Assembly: GCF_009914755.1 (NCBI RefSeq)
Contig: NC_060930.1
DNA length: 64,000 nucleotides
Origin: the human T2T-CHM13v2.0 reference genome, Homo sapiens
Direction: 5' to 3' (one strand)
Shown: positions 59,801 through 64,000 of the stretch, in pieces
Numbering within the stretch: position 1 is the stretch's first letter
How the letters are laid out: each line of letters begins with the position of its first letter
Program-made: the position numbers and the translations under genes
The notes under the pieces: generated by a model
Database searches by the model: none
Seen by the model: only the letters and a program-made list of their open reading frames with translations
What the model was told of the DNA's origin: nothing

Positions 59801-59810
59801 GCACACACAC
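59705..59810. repeat. (TA)n-(TG)n-(TA)20-(CA)n compound microsatellite
   Basis: Uninterrupted TA run at 59756-59795. Confidence 0.95.
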
Positions 59811-60209
59811 AGAAATAAATTTTTTTGGTTTCTTGAATTATTATTTTTTCTAGATGAGTGATACTTAATGTTTATCTTGGTCACTTATTTGTATGCTATT
59901 TGATTTTTTCTGGAATCAGATTCTAGGTCAGATTCTATCTTTGCTATCGACTGGTTGAATAACCAAGAACAAGTTATATAGCCACTTTAAACCTCAATTA
60001 AAAAAAAAACATAACAAGAGTGATGTTGTGAGTCATGTTGTGATAATTTAACATGGAGTCAGCACATAGTTCATTCTTAATTTTCTAAAATGCCTTTTAT
60101 TTCATCAATGACGTAGTTATAATGCCTAATTTTTTAAGTTATAATGTATTGATGGGGCTGGCTTAATTCCACTATAAACCTTTGTTGCAACATATTCCTA
60201 TTGAATATT

Positions 60210-60418
60210 CAGAGCTCAGTTTTTCTATAAGCGAAGATAGTAAATGTTTTCAGCTTTGTGGGCATAGTCTCTGGAGTAACTATTCGCTCTGCTGTTATAG
60301 CACAAAATCAGCCATAGACAATGCATAAACAGATAGGAGTGGCTCTGTTCCAATAAATATTTACCAAGAACAAGCAACTGGCCAGGTTTGGCCCATAGAC
60401 CACTGTGGGCCTACCCCT
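60210..60418 (+). mobile_element. MER58A (hAT-Charlie MITE)
   Basis: agatagtaaatgttttcagctttgtggg...cagccatagacaat...ggctctgttccaataaa...tttggccca. Confidence 0.85.
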
Positions 60419-61304
60419 AAAATATATCATGTAACGTTCCATCCAGCATGTTCTCTGGAATTACCACTAAGCTTGGAGTTGGAAGCATAGATTTTAATTT
60501 TACTTACATGAGCTAGAGTAAGTCACGTAACCTTTTCAGGCTTTGTTTTTTCCTGATACATAAAATAAAAGGGAATAAATTGTCATTTAAGCTTATTAGA
60601 ACTCAAGTTATTATTAAAAAAAGAAGCATTTCAACGCAAAAATCTTAATGCTCAACATAAAATGTGAAATCTCTTATTGTATATTCACCATTTGTATCCC
60701 ATTTTACAATGCATTGTAGTTGATGTTATTTTTGAGAGTGAGGACTATGATGTTTGGTTTCCACTCATCTAAATAAAATAAACTTTACTGTTACTTTTTT
60801 GTTGTTTTAGAAATAATAACTTAATGATATATATGAAAATGTGTAATAAATAACAATGTTTTAATGGGTCTTCTATTGTGTTTGAAAAATGAATTAGAAA
60901 AGCTCTGCTTCAGGTTTATTTAATTAACTGGAATAAGGTTTAAAAGACGATGATACTAGAGTCTGTAAAATATTTATCACTAAATATAAAAAATATAAAT
61001 TTCCAAGAAAGCAACATTACCAGTTACAATGGTAACTACAAATGTCTCAGCTGGTTCATAAATGCAGCTTATTTTTGAATGACTATTTAAATCTAAATTT
61101 TAGTACTTCTTTACATATTGATAATCCAAGGTGACATGCCCCTACTATTTTCCTTGGGCATTTTAGAACAAAAGAAAATAAACATCTCAAATTCAAATTG
61201 AAATGTGAAGTCAAATCTTGATCTTTTCTTGAGGTAGTACAATTATTTTGTTCCAATTTTTTCACATGCTAACATATTTGTAATAGTCTTTTTACAAGTC
61301 ACCC

Positions 61305-61445
61305 CTCCCTTCTTCTACTCCTTCCTTCCTCCCCTCCCCTCCCCTCCCCTCCCCTCCCCTCCCCTCCCCTCCCTCCCTCCCTCCCTCCCTCCCTTCCTTC
61401 CTTCCTTCCTTCCTTCCTTCCTTCCTTCCTTCCTTCCTTCCTTCC
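61305..61445. repeat. Polypyrimidine tract (CCCCT)n(CCCT)n(CCTT)13
   Basis: Directly visible. The minus strand reads (GGAA)13(GGGA)n(GGGGA)n. Confidence 0.95.
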
Positions 61446-61700
61446 AGAAATAGTTGTTAGCTATGCTGGATAAAATACTCTCCAGTACCTGGGAATAGAG
61501 ATTAGAGAACAGTAAAGATAAGTAAACAGGCAATTGCAATACATTGTGAAAAATACTATAATGCAAAAGTTGTTGAAGGATACTTTAGGGGCAATTATGA
61601 GGAGAAAATATCCTAGTGAGGTGACACTAAGCTGAGACACAAAGAATGAATGGGAAGGTGCTAGTTGAGTATGGGAGGGATGGAGTCATGAGCACATGAA
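61446..61700 (-). mobile_element. L2 3' end fragment
   Basis: agaaatagttgttagctatgc...gtaaacaggcaattgcaatacattgtga...gaggtgacactaagctgaga. Confidence 0.55.
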
Positions 61701-61807
61701 AACCAAATGAAAATTAGCTCATGTGCCACAAATTTGAGGATTTGCCTCAGTGGACAGATGGGAGGCTTTTAGACTCAATCCAGAGATGTGGAAATAAATT
61801 GTTGACA

Positions 61808-62002
61808 TAGTATGGTTTTGTGGAAAGAATATGTGCTTCTGAGAAAGGCAGATCTAATTTGAAACCTGGCTTTACTTTGGCTTTGTGACTTGGGCATATT
61901 ATTTAACCTTCTTGATTCTCAATTTCCTCATTTGCAAAATTGAGATAATGATATGTATTTTAAAAGAATGTTGTAAGGATTTAATAGGATAGCCACACAA
62001 AA
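61808..62002 (+). mobile_element. MIR (interrupted by Alu)
   Basis: gtggaaagaat...tgtgacttgggcatattatttaacct...ctcaatttcctcatttgcaaaat. Confidence 0.85.
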
Positions 62003-62308
62003 GCGGTGGCTCATGCCTATTATCCCAGCACTTTGGGAGGCTGAGGTGGGCGGATCACAGGGTCAGGAGATCAACACCTGGCCAATATGATGAAACCCCT
62101 TCTCTACTAAAAATACAAAAATTAGCTGGGTGTGGCAGCCCGAGCCCGTGCCTGTGGTTCCAGCTACTCAGGAGGCTGAGGCAGGAGGATTGCTTGAATC
62201 CGGGGGGTGGAGGCTACAGTGAACCAAGATTGTGCCACTGCAGTGAGCCAACATCGCGCCACTGCACTCCAGCCTGGGTGATAGAGCAAGACTCGGTCTC
62301 AGAAAAAA
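62003..62308 (+). mobile_element. Alu (S-type) with an internal 24-nt duplication
   Basis: gcggtggctcatgcc...ctactaaaaatacaaaaattagc...gactcggtctcagaaaaaa. Confidence 0.92.
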
Positions 62309-64000
62309 GTGCCTTCCATGGAATTAATGTTTAATTAAAATTAGTTGCTAGTTACTTATTCTTCATATCTTAGTATTGGGAAAAGTTGAAGTCATCTGTG
62401 GAAAAAAAAATGTCTTTGACCGTAATCAGAGTACCCAGAGATTGGTTATGCAAAGAATTTTACAACTATCCTCTTTTTTTGCTCCCTCCCTTCTTCTCTC
62501 CCCCCTTTCTTATTTCTGCCTCTGTTTTCCTCCTTACAATTATGTTTTCTGTATAAGAAGGGGTTAGTGTCTTCTTCCCAAGCTTTAACTAAAATATGCT
62601 TGAGGGCACTTTTGGCTATGTTTCCATAGCTCCTAATGAAGAGTGTACATGCCATAATTCTTGTTTATAATGGAAGAAAAAAGTACAAAACCCAGAAAGG
62701 TCTCTAAGCAGAATATGGGGCCACTACACTTAATTAGCTAGGTGCAGTACAGGTTTGGAGCTCTTGGTGTTACCAACGGCATCCATAAAGGACGGAAGCG
62801 TACCTTAGGCAAAGAGCTCCACTACATGGTGGCTGTGTCCTTGCAATGGGACAGGCCCTAGCAAAGTTGAAGAGAATGGCAGTTTGAACTTCTCTGGGAT
62901 ACTGGAAGTGTCTCTTGCATAGCCTTTCAATAGTAGTAAATAGTATTTACTACCACTGAATACTCTGCTGATTATTAAGCTGTTATCTCTTTATCTTCAT
63001 GTCCATTCTTCCATCTTCAGCTTTGTAGACATTCTTTTAAATTAAATATGTTTGTAAATAATGAAGTTAAGGGATGTTATAATGACTTGAGAAGTATAAT
63101 TTTCCCAAGATTATTTGTCTGTTAAAATCCCTAAATATTTATATCTAAATTATTCTAAATATCCAAACTAAACCCAAACTAAATTTTCACTTTGGGGACC
63201 TTTAGCTTCTATCCAACTTACAACATTGCCCTTATGTATTTTTTTTAAAACTAGAACTTCGAAACTTAATTACATTTTCAAACCAAAGATCTCCAATATG
63301 GACTTACTATAAATTGTAGTATATCAATTGATGTTTAACTTTTAAATTTTATATGTATAATAGTTATAATTAATCTCCAACATACAGAAAAGTCTGTATT
63401 TGTTTTTACAAACTGAGCAGCATAAACATCAACTTGATTAATCTTTGTAGTCTTTTATCACTTTTATTTGCAGGTCTCTTAGTTTGCTTATCACCTCCTT
63501 TTTTTATTGTTGTAATTCCTTGATGTATTGTATTCCCTAAGTCTCCTAGGTATTTTAACTACTAGTCTTTTATTTTCTGGTACTCTACAAACATATTTAG
63601 TTTTACTTAAGACAAAACTATGAGATATGAATTGGGGTTCATTATTTATGGTCTTTTCTCTAAGGGATACAATTAGAAAAATAATGACAAGTGAGAGAAA
63701 ACTCTTCTGTAAAAGTACAAAAATGCTTCATTTTATTCAAAAAGCAAGTTAAAACAGCTGCAATAGTACATAATGATATACATAATTTCCTGGGTGTATT
63801 GCCTGGATTCTTTTTAACCCTTTAAAAATAGAAATATTTATTATTTCAATAAAAGAAAGCAATCACATAGGACCAAGAGCTCTTGCTAAAAATGTGTATA
63901 TTTCATACATTCTACTTGTGAAATATAGTAGGGGAAATATTTACGAGCACCATAAGATAGGAAGCTGAAACTGAAATCATTTCTAAATGAAAATTATGTG

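Noticed and set aside
62757-62870. H/ACA snoRNA reading of the two-hairpin element
   Set aside because: The hinge ACUACA does not fit ANANNA and there is no terminal ACA box. It is kept only as an unassigned structure.

Overview
Primate (human-like) AT-rich, CpG-depleted genomic DNA dominated by transposable elements. There are 11 Alu/FLAM copies, several L1 bodies (L1PB1, L1MA, L1MC/ME, an L1PA7-type 5'UTR), HAL1, L2, MIR, MaLR/ERVL/ERVK LTRs (MLT1, MSTB, LTR16, LTR22), a near-full-length Tigger1, hAT MITEs and many microsatellites. I see no credible protein-coding gene, RNA gene or CRISPR array; the ORF-track entries trace to Alu, L1, microsatellite or chance frames. Most Alus and long L1s are on the minus strand and the plus strand is T-rich, which suggests a large intron of a plus-strand gene that I cannot name. 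The most interesting points are: (i) a mosaic of about 7 short L1 pieces in mixed orientation at 19.0-20.7 kb, whose junction filler and a donor-like site make an exon-like or recursive-splice-like unit; (ii) a cluster of exon-like segments at 25.3-27.3 kb, including a 23-nt microexon; (iii) three repeat-free, homeobox-motif-rich blocks at 33-38 kb that look like enhancers; (iv) an unassigned, CpG-retaining, multi-hairpin element at 62.74-62.86 kb; and (v) several local templated inversions and duplications. I cannot demonstrate a new biological system from sequence alone. Repeat subfamily calls come from recalled consensus sequences, and boundaries of old repeats are approximate.
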